A stretch of 64,000 nt of DNA, taken from contig JADGRQ010000001.1 of assembly GCA_017880775.1 (NCBI GenBank), positions 194,909 through 258,908 on the forward strand, written 5' to 3'. Below the pieces are notes generated by a model, which saw nothing but the letters and a program-made list of their open reading frames with translations, made no database searches and was not told the DNA's origin. Origin of the DNA: Burkholderiales bacterium. Lineage in GTDB: Bacteria; Pseudomonadota; Gammaproteobacteria; Burkholderiales; SG8-39. A program made the position numbers and the translations under genes. This document shows, in pieces, positions 57,040 through 64,000 of this stretch (positions within the stretch are counted from its first letter, which is position 1; each line of letters begins with the position of its first letter).

Positions 57040-57894
57040 TCAGTCGCCCTCGAAAACCGGTTTCTGCTTCGCCACGAACGCGCGATAGGCGCGCCCGTAG
57101 TCCTTGGTCTGCATGCAGATCGCCTGCGCCTGCGCCTCGGCCTCGATCGCGTCGTCGATCCCCATGCTCCACTCCTGGTGGATGCAACGCTTGGTCATGG
57201 CGTGCGCGAACGTCGGCCCGTCGGCGAGCAGCCGCGCGATTCCCTGCGCGTCGGCGAGCAACGCTTCCGGAGCGCACAGCTTGTTATAGAAGCCCCACCG
57301 CTCGGCCTCCGACCCGTCCATCGAGCGGCCCGTGTACAGAAGCTCAGCCGCACGTCCCGCGCCGATGATCCTCGGCAGCATGTTGCAGGCGCCCATGTCG
57401 GCGCCCGCCAAGCCTACGCGCACGAACAGAAACGCGACTTTGCTTGCCGCGGTGCCGTAGCGCAGATCGGCCGACATCGCGAGGATCGCGCCGGCTCCCG
57501 CGCATATTCCGTCGATCGCCGCCACGATCGGTTGCGGGCAGTTGCGCATCGCCTTGACCAGGTCGCCGGTCATGCGGGTGAATGCGAGCAGGCCGCCCAT
57601 GTCGTCTTCCTCCTGCATTTTCACCAGCGGGCCGATGATTTCGTGCACGTCGCCGCCGGAGCAGAAATTGCCGCCCGCGCCGGTCACCACAACCGTCTTC
57701 ACTTCCTTTGCATAGACCAGGTTGCGAAACATGTCGCGCAACTCGGCGTACGAGTCGAGCGTGAGCGGATTCTTGCGCTCCGGCCGGTTGAGAGTGACGG
57801 TTGCAACTTTGCCGTCGAGCTGCCAGCCAAAGTGTCTGGGACGGAAATCCCGGGAATCGACGTTCTGCGCTGAAAACCGGTCTTGGATGTTCAT
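57040..57894 (-). CDS. enoyl-CoA hydratase/isomerase (crotonase) family protein
   Basis: Motifs [16 protein letters not shown] and [12 protein letters not shown] are present in a 284-aa protein. Confidence 0.85.
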   Translation of the reverse strand: MNIQDRFSAQNVDSRDFRPRHFGWQLDGKVATVTLNRPERKNPLTLDSYAELRDMFRNLVYAKEVKTVVVTGAGGNFCSGGDVHEIIGPLVKMQEEDDMGGLLAFTRMTGDLVKAMRNCPQPIVAAIDGICAGAGAILAMSADLRYGTAASKVAFLFVRVGLAGADMGACNMLPRIIGAGRAAELLYTGRSMDGSEAERWGFYNKLCAPEALLADAQGIARLLADGPTFAHAMTKRCIHQEWSMGIDDAIEAEAQAQAICMQTKDYGRAYRAFVAKQKPVFEGD

Positions 57895-57931
57895 TGCACG
57901 CTCTCTATGGAAAGTAGGCGGGATTGAGTGT

Positions 57932-58678
57932 TCAACCTGCCATCGTCAGGCCGCCGCTCACGCTGAGCACCTGTCCGGTGACGTAATCCGAGCGCGCGCC
58001 CGCGAAGAAAATGATTGCATCGGCGACCTCCTGCGGCTTGCCCACGCGGCGGAAGGGGATCGCCTTGATGAACGCGTCGCGAAGCTTCTCCGGTACCGCC
58101 TGCCACAGCGGCGTGTCGGTCGGACCAGGACAGACGCAGTTGACGTTGACGTTGTAGCGCGCGGCCTCGCGCGCGAGCGACTTGGTGAAAGCGATCAGCC
58201 CGCCCTTGGCAGCCGAGTAGACGGTTTCGCCGAGGCTGCCTACCCTTCCGGCATCGCTCGCCACGTTGATGATTCTTCCCGCGCGCGCCTCGAACATCGG
58301 CGGCAACAGGCGACGCGTGAGGCGGATAGGCCCCATCAGGTTGATCGCAATCACCCGATCCCAGAATTCCGGCGGGTTCTCCAGGAAAGGCTGTGCGCGG
58401 CCCCAGCCGGCCGTGTTCACCAGAATGTCGACGCGGCCCGCCTGCTTGAGCGCCTGTTCGGCGAACTGATCGACCGATGCCGCGTCGGTGAGGTCTACAC
58501 GCAGGTATTCGACCCGCAGCCCTGCAGCCTGGGCCTCTTTCTGCGCTGCCGCCCCGCCCTTCTCATCGATGTCGGCGAGGATCACCCGCACTCCGCAGCG
58601 CGCCAGCTCGAAAGTGGTTGCCTTGCCGATGCCGGATGCGCCGCCTGTAACAACCGCAGTCTTACCGTCAAGTTTCAT
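57932..58678 (-). CDS. short-chain dehydrogenase/reductase (SDR)
   Basis: Motifs [14 protein letters not shown] and YSAAKGG (YxxxK) are present. The ATG at 58678 is preceded by GGAGAG. Confidence 0.88.
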   Translation of the reverse strand: MKLDGKTAVVTGGASGIGKATTFELARCGVRVILADIDEKGGAAAQKEAQAAGLRVEYLRVDLTDAASVDQFAEQALKQAGRVDILVNTAGWGRAQPFLENPPEFWDRVIAINLMGPIRLTRRLLPPMFEARAGRIINVASDAGRVGSLGETVYSAAKGGLIAFTKSLAREAARYNVNVNCVCPGPTDTPLWQAVPEKLRDAFIKAIPFRRVGKPQEVADAIIFFAGARSDYVTGQVLSVSGGLTMAG

Positions 58679-58702
58679 AGTGCTCTCCAAGTCTACGTCG
58701 GT

Positions 58703-59464
58703 TCATGGAAGCTCGCCGGCGAGGAACGCCGCCACCCGCTGGCGCGTCGCCTCGTTTGCGTACAACTTTCGCGACTGCGCGAGTTCCTCCGCGTAGCCAT
58801 CTCGTGTCGGGTCCCCGGCCGCCGCAATGCACGACTTGCAGGCCTGCAGCGCTGCGCCAGGCAGCGACGCCACCTGAATGGCGATTGCCGCGGCACGCTC
58901 GGCAAGCCTGGCGCGCGGTACCGCCCATTGCACCAGCCCAGCCGCTTGCGCTGCCGCGCCGTCGAGCACCTCGCCCGTCAGAATCACCCGCGCCGCGATT
59001 GCAGGCCCGGCAACGCGCGTCATCCGCTGTGTTCCCCCTGCGCCGGGTACCAGTCCCAGGCGCGCCTCGGGCAGCCCGAGCTTCGCCTCGTGGGCCGCAA
59101 TCCGCAGATCGCAAGCCAACGCCAGTTCGAAGCCGCCGCCAAGCGCCGCCCCGCCAAGCTCGACCAGCGTCACTTGGGGCAGCGCCTCCAGACGCGCGAA
59201 AAGCCGCTGCATTTCTGCTGCCGTACCGACCATCGCTTCAACGCCGTCAGCCGCAGCGAAACGCGCGCGCATCTCAGCCAGGTCGGCTCCTGCGCAAAAC
59301 ACCTTCTGTCTGCTGCGCAGGTGCAGCACCCGCCAATCGTCGCGTGCGGCGAGCCCGTCGAGCAAACGGTGAAATTGCTCCAGCCACGCCGCGTTGATGG
59401 CGTTGACCGGCGCCCGCCCGAGCGCGAGCCGCGCCACCCCTGCGCCTACTTCGAGCTCAAACAC
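58703..59464 (-). CDS. enoyl-CoA hydratase/isomerase (crotonase) family protein
   Basis: Motifs VARLALGRAPVNAI and FCAGADLAEM are present. The start is placed at the GTG at 59464, preceded by GGGAGAG. The ORF-track TTG at 59515 is possible. Confidence 0.8.
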   Translation of the reverse strand: MFELEVGAGVARLALGRAPVNAINAAWLEQFHRLLDGLAARDDWRVLHLRSRQKVFCAGADLAEMRARFAAADGVEAMVGTAAEMQRLFARLEALPQVTLVELGGAALGGGFELALACDLRIAAHEAKLGLPEARLGLVPGAGGTQRMTRVAGPAIAARVILTGEVLDGAAAQAAGLVQWAVPRARLAERAAAIAIQVASLPGAALQACKSCIAAAGDPTRDGYAEELAQSRKLYANEATRQRVAAFLAGELP

Positions 59465-59515
59465 GGTTCGCGCTCTCCCGCAGCATCCGGCGCGGCGTTC
59501 CGGCGCCGCAACCAA

Positions 59516-59533
59516 AATGAATCACCATTCATT
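59516..59533. promoter_or_regulatory. palindromic operator candidate, copy 1
   Basis: AATGAAT-CACC-ATTCATT is a perfect 7-bp inverted repeat with a 4-bp spacer. It lies just downstream of a minus-strand TTGACA-N17/18-CAGACT promoter-like element (TTGACA at 59567..59562) that faces the crotonase-SDR-crotonase operon. Confidence 0.5.
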
Positions 59534-59668
59534 CGACAGTCTGACCGAGCCCGCCGAGGTCTGTCAACCGGTGCATGCCCCTATTGCCGGGTCCATTGCC
59601 ATGGTTTCTTGAGATAGATCAAGCTGAAGGCGGAAACGCGGCACGGTCCCCGTTGACCCACCCCGCCG

Positions 59669-59686
59669 AATGAATCATCATTCATC
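59669..59686. promoter_or_regulatory. palindromic operator candidate, copy 2
   Basis: AATGAAT-CATC-ATTCATC is nearly identical to copy 1. It overlaps the spacer and -10 region downstream of TTGACC (59653..59658), facing the ligase operon. Confidence 0.5.
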
Positions 59687-59788
59687 CATCGATCGCCCAC
59701 GCATGGACCGCTTCGCCCACCTCGATAGGCCGTTCTTCGATGAGCCGCACCGGCGCCTCGCGCGCGAATTGCTGAAAGACGGTGCGTC

Positions 59789-61450
59789 GTGACACCGTAC
59801 ACGAGTCACCTCGACACTTTCGCGCGCGACAACTTGCCGCCGCGCGATCAGTGGCCGGAGCTGATCTTCGATCTTCCCGAACTGCAGTTCGGCGAGCGGC
59901 TCAACTGCGCGACCGAACTGCTCGACAAGGCAGTGGCGGGCGTCCGCGCGGAGCGGCCCGCACTACGCACCGAGCGCGGGATCTGGACTTACCGCCAGTT
60001 GCTCGAGCAGGCGAACCGCATCGCCCGCGTGCTCACCGAGGAGATGGGCTTGGTGCCGGGCAACCGAGTGCTGCTGCACGCGCCGAACAATCCGATGCTG
60101 GCGGCCTGCTGGTTTGCGGTGCTGAAGGCCGGTGCGATTCCGGTGCCGACGATGCCGCTGCTGCGCAACCGCGAACTGGCGGTGGTGGTCCGCAAGGCGT
60201 GTATCAGCCACGCGATCGTGGACAAGCGGCTCGCTCACGAGCTGGAGGAGACACGCGCGCAATGCCCGACGCTCCGGCACGTCAAGTATTTTTATGACGA
60301 TTCACCTGATTCGATCGACCGGCTGGCGCAGGGCAAGCCCGCCCGGTTTGCGAACGTTGACACGGCCGCCGACGATGTGGCGCTGATCACCTTCACCTCG
60401 GGCACCACCGGCGTGCCAAAGGGAACGATGCACCTGCATCGAGACGTGATGGCGACCTGCGAGTGCTTTCCGAAATACATCCTGAAGCACACGTCGCAGG
60501 ATATCGTCGCCGGAACACCGCCGATCGCTTTTACCTACGGCCTGGGCGGGCTGCTGCATTTTCCGCTGCGTTTTGGCGCCTCGTCGGTGCTAATCGAGCA
60601 GTACACGCCCGAGTCGCTGCTTGAAGCAGTGGAGCACTTCGGCGTGACCGTGCTCTACACCGCGCCGACGATGTACCGAGCGATGGCCGAGATCGCGCGG
60701 AATTACGATCTGAGCACCCTCAGGGCGGGCGTGTCCGCCGGCGAGGCGCTGCCTGCGCGCACGCGCGCGGCCTGGGAGCAGGCAACCGGCGTGCGGCTCA
60801 TCGACGGCATCGGCTCGAGCGAGATGCTGTACATGTTCATCGCCGCAGCCGGAGAGGAAATCCGGCCGGGCGCGACCGGCAAGGTCATCCCGGGTTACCG
60901 GGCGACGGTCCTCGATGATGCCGGGCGACCCTGTCCGCCTGGCGTGATCGGCCGGCTTGCCGTGAAGGGGCCAACCGGCTGCCGGTATCTGGATGACGAT
61001 CGGCAGGTAACCTACGTGCAGGATGGCTGGAACATTACCGGCGACGCCTACCTCATGGATGCAGACGGCTATTTCTGGTATCAGGCCCGCACCGACGAGA
61101 TGATCATCTCGGCGGGCTACAACATCGCCTGCCCGGAGGTCGAAGGCGCGCTGCTGACGCATCCCGCCGTGGCGGAATGCGCGGTGGTGGGCGCGTCCGA
61201 TGAGCAGCGCGGCCAGATCGTGAAGGCCTTCGTGGTGCTGGCGCGGGGCTACGGGAGCGGCGAAAGCATGGCGAAACAGCTGCAGGACCACGTAAAAAGC
61301 TCGATTGCCCCCTACAAGTACCCGCGGGCCGTGGTCTTCGTGCAGGAATTGCCGCGCACCGAGACCGGAAAGCTGCAGCGTTTCAAGCTGCGCGATCCGG
61401 TTGGCGACGCGCGCGCGCAGTGCCGCCCGGACCAGCAGGCCGCGCGATGA
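59789..61450 (+). CDS. AMP-binding aryl/acyl-CoA ligase (benzoate / 2-aminobenzoate-CoA ligase-like)
   Basis: The AMP motif FTSGTTGVPKG, plus ITGDAY and the C-terminal GKLQRFKLR, are present. The N-terminus HLDTFARDNLPP resembles sequences I recall annotated as 2-aminobenzoate-CoA ligase. The gene uses a GTG start. Confidence 0.85.
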   Translation: MTPYTSHLDTFARDNLPPRDQWPELIFDLPELQFGERLNCATELLDKAVAGVRAERPALRTERGIWTYRQLLEQANRIARVLTEEMGLVPGNRVLLHAPNNPMLAACWFAVLKAGAIPVPTMPLLRNRELAVVVRKACISHAIVDKRLAHELEETRAQCPTLRHVKYFYDDSPDSIDRLAQGKPARFANVDTAADDVALITFTSGTTGVPKGTMHLHRDVMATCECFPKYILKHTSQDIVAGTPPIAFTYGLGGLLHFPLRFGASSVLIEQYTPESLLEAVEHFGVTVLYTAPTMYRAMAEIARNYDLSTLRAGVSAGEALPARTRAAWEQATGVRLIDGIGSSEMLYMFIAAAGEEIRPGATGKVIPGYRATVLDDAGRPCPPGVIGRLAVKGPTGCRYLDDDRQVTYVQDGWNITGDAYLMDADGYFWYQARTDEMIISAGYNIACPEVEGALLTHPAVAECAVVGASDEQRGQIVKAFVVLARGYGSGESMAKQLQDHVKSSIAPYKYPRAVVFVQELPRTETGKLQRFKLRDPVGDARAQCRPDQQAAR

Positions 61451-61914
61451 AGCGCATCGTATCGCTGACGGTGAACGGCCGCCGCCGCGAGGACGCGGTC
61501 GCCGACGACCTGTTGCTGATCGATTATCTGCGCGAGCTCGCCGGCCTAACCGGGACCAAGCGCGGCTGCGACGGCGGCGAATGCGGCGCATGCACCATGC
61601 TGCTTGACGGCGAGCCGGCGCTCGCCTGCCTGACGCTCGCCGCGCGTTGCGAGGGCAGGCAGATTGAGACGATCGAGTCGCTTGCCGCAAACGGCCGCCT
61701 GAATCGCTTGCAGCAGGCATTTCATGAAAAGCTCGGAACGCAATGCGGCTACTGCACGCCGGGGATGATCATGGCGGCCGAGGGACTGCTGCGCCGTGAG
61801 CCGCATCCCAGCGAAGCGGAGATCCGCGAGGCGCTGTCGGGCAACCTTTGCCGCTGCACGGGATACGTGAAAATCATCGAGTCCGTGCAGGCGGCATCGG
61901 GGGACGCGTCATGA
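61447..61914 (+). CDS. (2Fe-2S)-binding small subunit of a xanthine dehydrogenase/CO dehydrogenase-family molybdoenzyme
   Basis: Motifs [17 protein letters not shown] and NLCRCTGY are present. An ATGA overlaps the ligase stop. Confidence 0.92.
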   Translation: MKRIVSLTVNGRRREDAVADDLLLIDYLRELAGLTGTKRGCDGGECGACTMLLDGEPALACLTLAARCEGRQIETIESLAANGRLNRLQQAFHEKLGTQCGYCTPGMIMAAEGLLRREPHPSEAEIREALSGNLCRCTGYVKIIESVQAASGDAS

Positions 61915-64000
61915 ATGAAGTGCAAGGCGCGACGAAGGAGTCGCGGGCCGCGGTTGCGGGCCGGGTGCGGACGGTCGGCCAGCCGCAGCCGCTGATCGAC
62001 GGCGTCGAAAAGGTCACAGGCCGTGCTTTGTATACGGCCGATCTGCCTGCCGCGCAGGCGCTCACCGGAGTCGTCCTGCGAAGCCCGGTCGCGCACGGCG
62101 AGATCGTGCGCATCGACACGGCGCGCGCGCGCGCGTTGCCCGGGGTGCGCGCAGTCATTACCGGCGCGGACTGTGATGTCGCGTACGGCATCCTGCCGAT
62201 TGCCCACAATGAGTTCCCCTTGGCACGCGGCAAAGTGCGCTACTGGGGCGAGGCGGTGGCTGCGGTGGCGGCCGACGACGCGCGCATCGCGAGCGAAGCG
62301 CTCGAGCTGATCGAGGTCGAATACCGGAGCTTGCCGGTCTACATCACGGCCGCCGCGGCGCGCGCTGCGGGTGCGGTGCCGCTGCATGCGGACAAGCCCG
62401 ACAACATCGAGCGCGAGGTGAGTCACGCTTTCGGCGACGTGGATGGCGGCTTTGCGTCTGCGGACCTGGTGCGCGAGCAGAGTTTCCACTATGCCGAAGT
62501 TGCGCACGCGCAGATGGAGCCGGACTGCGCGCTCGCGGAGTTCGACCCCGAACGCGGTCGCCTGACGCTGCACTCGGTGACTCAGGTGCCGTTCTATGTG
62601 CACCTCACGCTCGCCCAGTGCCTGAAGATGGATCCCGCCGCGATTCGCGTGGTGAAGCCCTTCGTCGGCGGCGGTTTCGGGCACCGCACCGAAACGCTGC
62701 CCTTCGAGATCATCGCGGCGCTGCTTGCGCGTGCGGCGGGCGGGACCGTCAAAGTGGAGCTCTCGCGTGAGCAGACCTTTACGGTGCACCGCGCGCGCCC
62801 GGAGACCGACATCCGTCTCAGGATCGGCATGAAGAGGAGCGGCGAGATCACCGCGACCGACGCCGAAGTCGTGCAGCGCGGAGGCGCCTACGCGGGCTAC
62901 GGTATCGTCACCATTCTCTACGCGGGGGCGCTCATCAACGCGCTCTACAGGACATCGGCGGTCAGATACCGGGGCTATCGCGTCTACGCGAATACGCCGC
63001 CCTGCGGGCCGATGCGCGGCCACGGCTCGGTCGACATGCGCCACGCATTCGAAACCATGCTCGACAGCATGGCCGGCGAACTTGGTCTCGATCCATTTGC
63101 CGTGCGCAGGGCCAACCTGATCACGCCGCCGTACCGGACCATCAACGACCTGCAGGTGAATTCATACGGCCTGCCCGAATGCCTCGATTGGGTCGAGCAG
63201 GCATCGGGCTGGAAACAGCGAAAGGGCAAGCTGTCGCCCGGTCGCGGCCTTGGAATGGCCTGCTCGCACTACGTCTCCGGCGCGGCAAAGCCGGTGCACT
63301 GGACCGGCGAGCCCCACGCCACGGTCAACCTGAGACTCGACTTCGATGGCTCGATCACCCTGCTGACCGGCGCGGCCGATATCGGCCAGGGGTCCTCGAC
63401 GCTGCTCGCGCAAGTCGCTGCCGAGGCGCTCGGCATCGGCCTGCAGCGCTTCCGCGTGATCGCCGCCGACAGCGCGCTCACGCCGAAGGACAACGGATCG
63501 TATTCCTCGCGCGTGTCCTTCATGGTCGGCAACGCTGCGCTCGCCGCCGGGAAGGAACTCAGGAAGCATCTGGTGGATGCCGCCGCAAGGCGGCTCGAAA
63601 CCAGTGCTGAAGACATCGAGTGCCTCGGCGAAACCTACAGGGTGGTCGGCTCGGATCGCGCGATTTCCTACCGCGAGGCGGTGCGCGCAGCGCTCGCGGA
63701 AACCGGTCCGATCACGGTCAAGGGCACCTACAGCGTACCGGAGGAACTGCAGGGAGGAAAGTTTCGCGGCGCGGGCGTGGGCCCCAGCCCGGGGTTTTCC
63801 TACGCGGCGCAGGTGGTCGAGGTGTCGGTCGACCAGGAAACCGGTGAGGTCAACGTCGAAAACGTGTGGGTCGCGCATGACTGCGGTTTCGCCATCAATC
63901 CGCTTTCGGTCGAGGGCCAGGTGCAGGGCGCCGTGTGGATGGGCATGGGGCAGGCGACGGGCGAGGAGACCCAGTTCCATGACAACGGGCTGCCGGTGCG
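61911..64000 (+). CDS. molybdopterin-binding large subunit of a xanthine dehydrogenase-family enzyme, 3' partial
   Basis: This gene is absent from the ORF track because it has no stop within the window. Hand translation from the ATG at 61911 (an ATGA overlap with the 2Fe-2S gene) gives [15 protein letters not shown]...[22 protein letters not shown]. Spot checks of the same frame further on read [11 protein letters not shown] (about 62670) and [12 protein letters not shown] (about 63000). Confidence 0.88.
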   Translation, partial: MNEVQGATKESRAAVAGRVRTVGQPQPLIDGVEKVTGRALYTADLPAAQALTGVVLRSPVAHGEIVRIDTARARALPGVRAVITGADCDVAYGILPIAHNEFPLARGKVRYWGEAVAAVAADDARIASEALELIEVEYRSLPVYITAAAARAAGAVPLHADKPDNIEREVSHAFGDVDGGFASADLVREQSFHYAEVAHAQMEPDCALAEFDPERGRLTLHSVTQVPFYVHLTLAQCLKMDPAAIRVVKPFVGGGFGHRTETLPFEIIAALLARAAGGTVKVELSREQTFTVHRARPETDIRLRIGMKRSGEITATDAEVVQRGGAYAGYGIVTILYAGALINALYRTSAVRYRGYRVYANTPPCGPMRGHGSVDMRHAFETMLDSMAGELGLDPFAVRRANLITPPYRTINDLQVNSYGLPECLDWVEQASGWKQRKGKLSPGRGLGMACSHYVSGAAKPVHWTGEPHATVNLRLDFDGSITLLTGAADIGQGSSTLLAQVAAEALGIGLQRFRVIAADSALTPKDNGSYSSRVSFMVGNAALAAGKELRKHLVDAAARRLETSAEDIECLGETYRVVGSDRAISYREAVRAALAETGPITVKGTYSVPEELQGGKFRGAGVGPSPGFSYAAQVVEVSVDQETGEVNVENVWVAHDCGFAINPLSVEGQVQGAVWMGMGQATGEETQFHDNGLPV

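Noticed and set aside
59516-59686. The AATGAATCA(C/T)CATTCAT palindromes looked somewhat like Fur boxes (GATAATGATAATCATTATC).
   Set aside because: The hexamer register does not fit the Fur consensus. The genomic context (an acyl-CoA catabolic cluster with a TetR regulator) gives no reason to expect iron control. I kept them as generic operator candidates.

Overview
This is a visibly GC-rich proteobacterial chromosome segment covering the replication-origin neighbourhood. The gene order looks most like Betaproteobacteria of the Burkholderiales/Rhodocyclales type. All family calls come from reading the ORF translations and DNA by eye; no searches were run.

Gene content from left to right:
- a 5'-partial malonyl-CoA decarboxylase and a family III CoA-transferase
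- a tightly packed minus-strand glpD / HAD phosphatase / TauE / M20 peptidase block
- the complete F1Fo ATP synthase operon (atpIBEFHAGDC)
- parB, parA, rsmG and mnmG, with two near-consensus parS sites just upstream of mnmG
- an MFS transporter, a class III aminotransferase and GTP-dependent PEP carboxykinase
- a class II aldolase / Bug(TctC) binding protein / AbrB-type membrane protein module, next to a decayed formamidase gene
- mnmE-yidC-yidD-rnpA-rpmH, diverging from dnaA-dnaN-gyrB, with consensus DnaA boxes on both sides of dnaA
- a convergent type IA topoisomerase-smg-dprA-LysM block
- def-fmt-rsmB-DUF4390-ntrY-ntrX-trkA-trkH plus a tiny CobW-like P-loop ORF
- an unlisted bTHX ribosomal protein gene and metH
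- a rhodanese, thioesterase and TetR regulator
- an acyl/aryl-CoA cluster: two crotonases, an SDR, an AMP-ligase, and the 2Fe-2S and molybdopterin subunits of a xanthine-dehydrogenase-family enzyme (3' partial)

I saw no rRNA, tRNA, CRISPR array, IS element, integrase or phage gene. I do not see a convincing new multi-gene system such as a defence island; this is mostly core housekeeping DNA.

The most defensible second-look items are:
- an unclassified terminator/antiterminator leader in front of metH
- a phased DnaA-box array with a (TAG)3 repeat in the dnaA-dnaN spacer
- a 112-aa minimal G3E/CobW-like P-loop protein translationally coupled to trkH
- a twin-palindrome operator pair in the divergent promoter region of the acyl-CoA cluster
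- a Bug-family binding protein paired with an AbrB-family membrane protein instead of TctAB

Many long ORFs in the supplied track are antisense artefacts of the high GC content.
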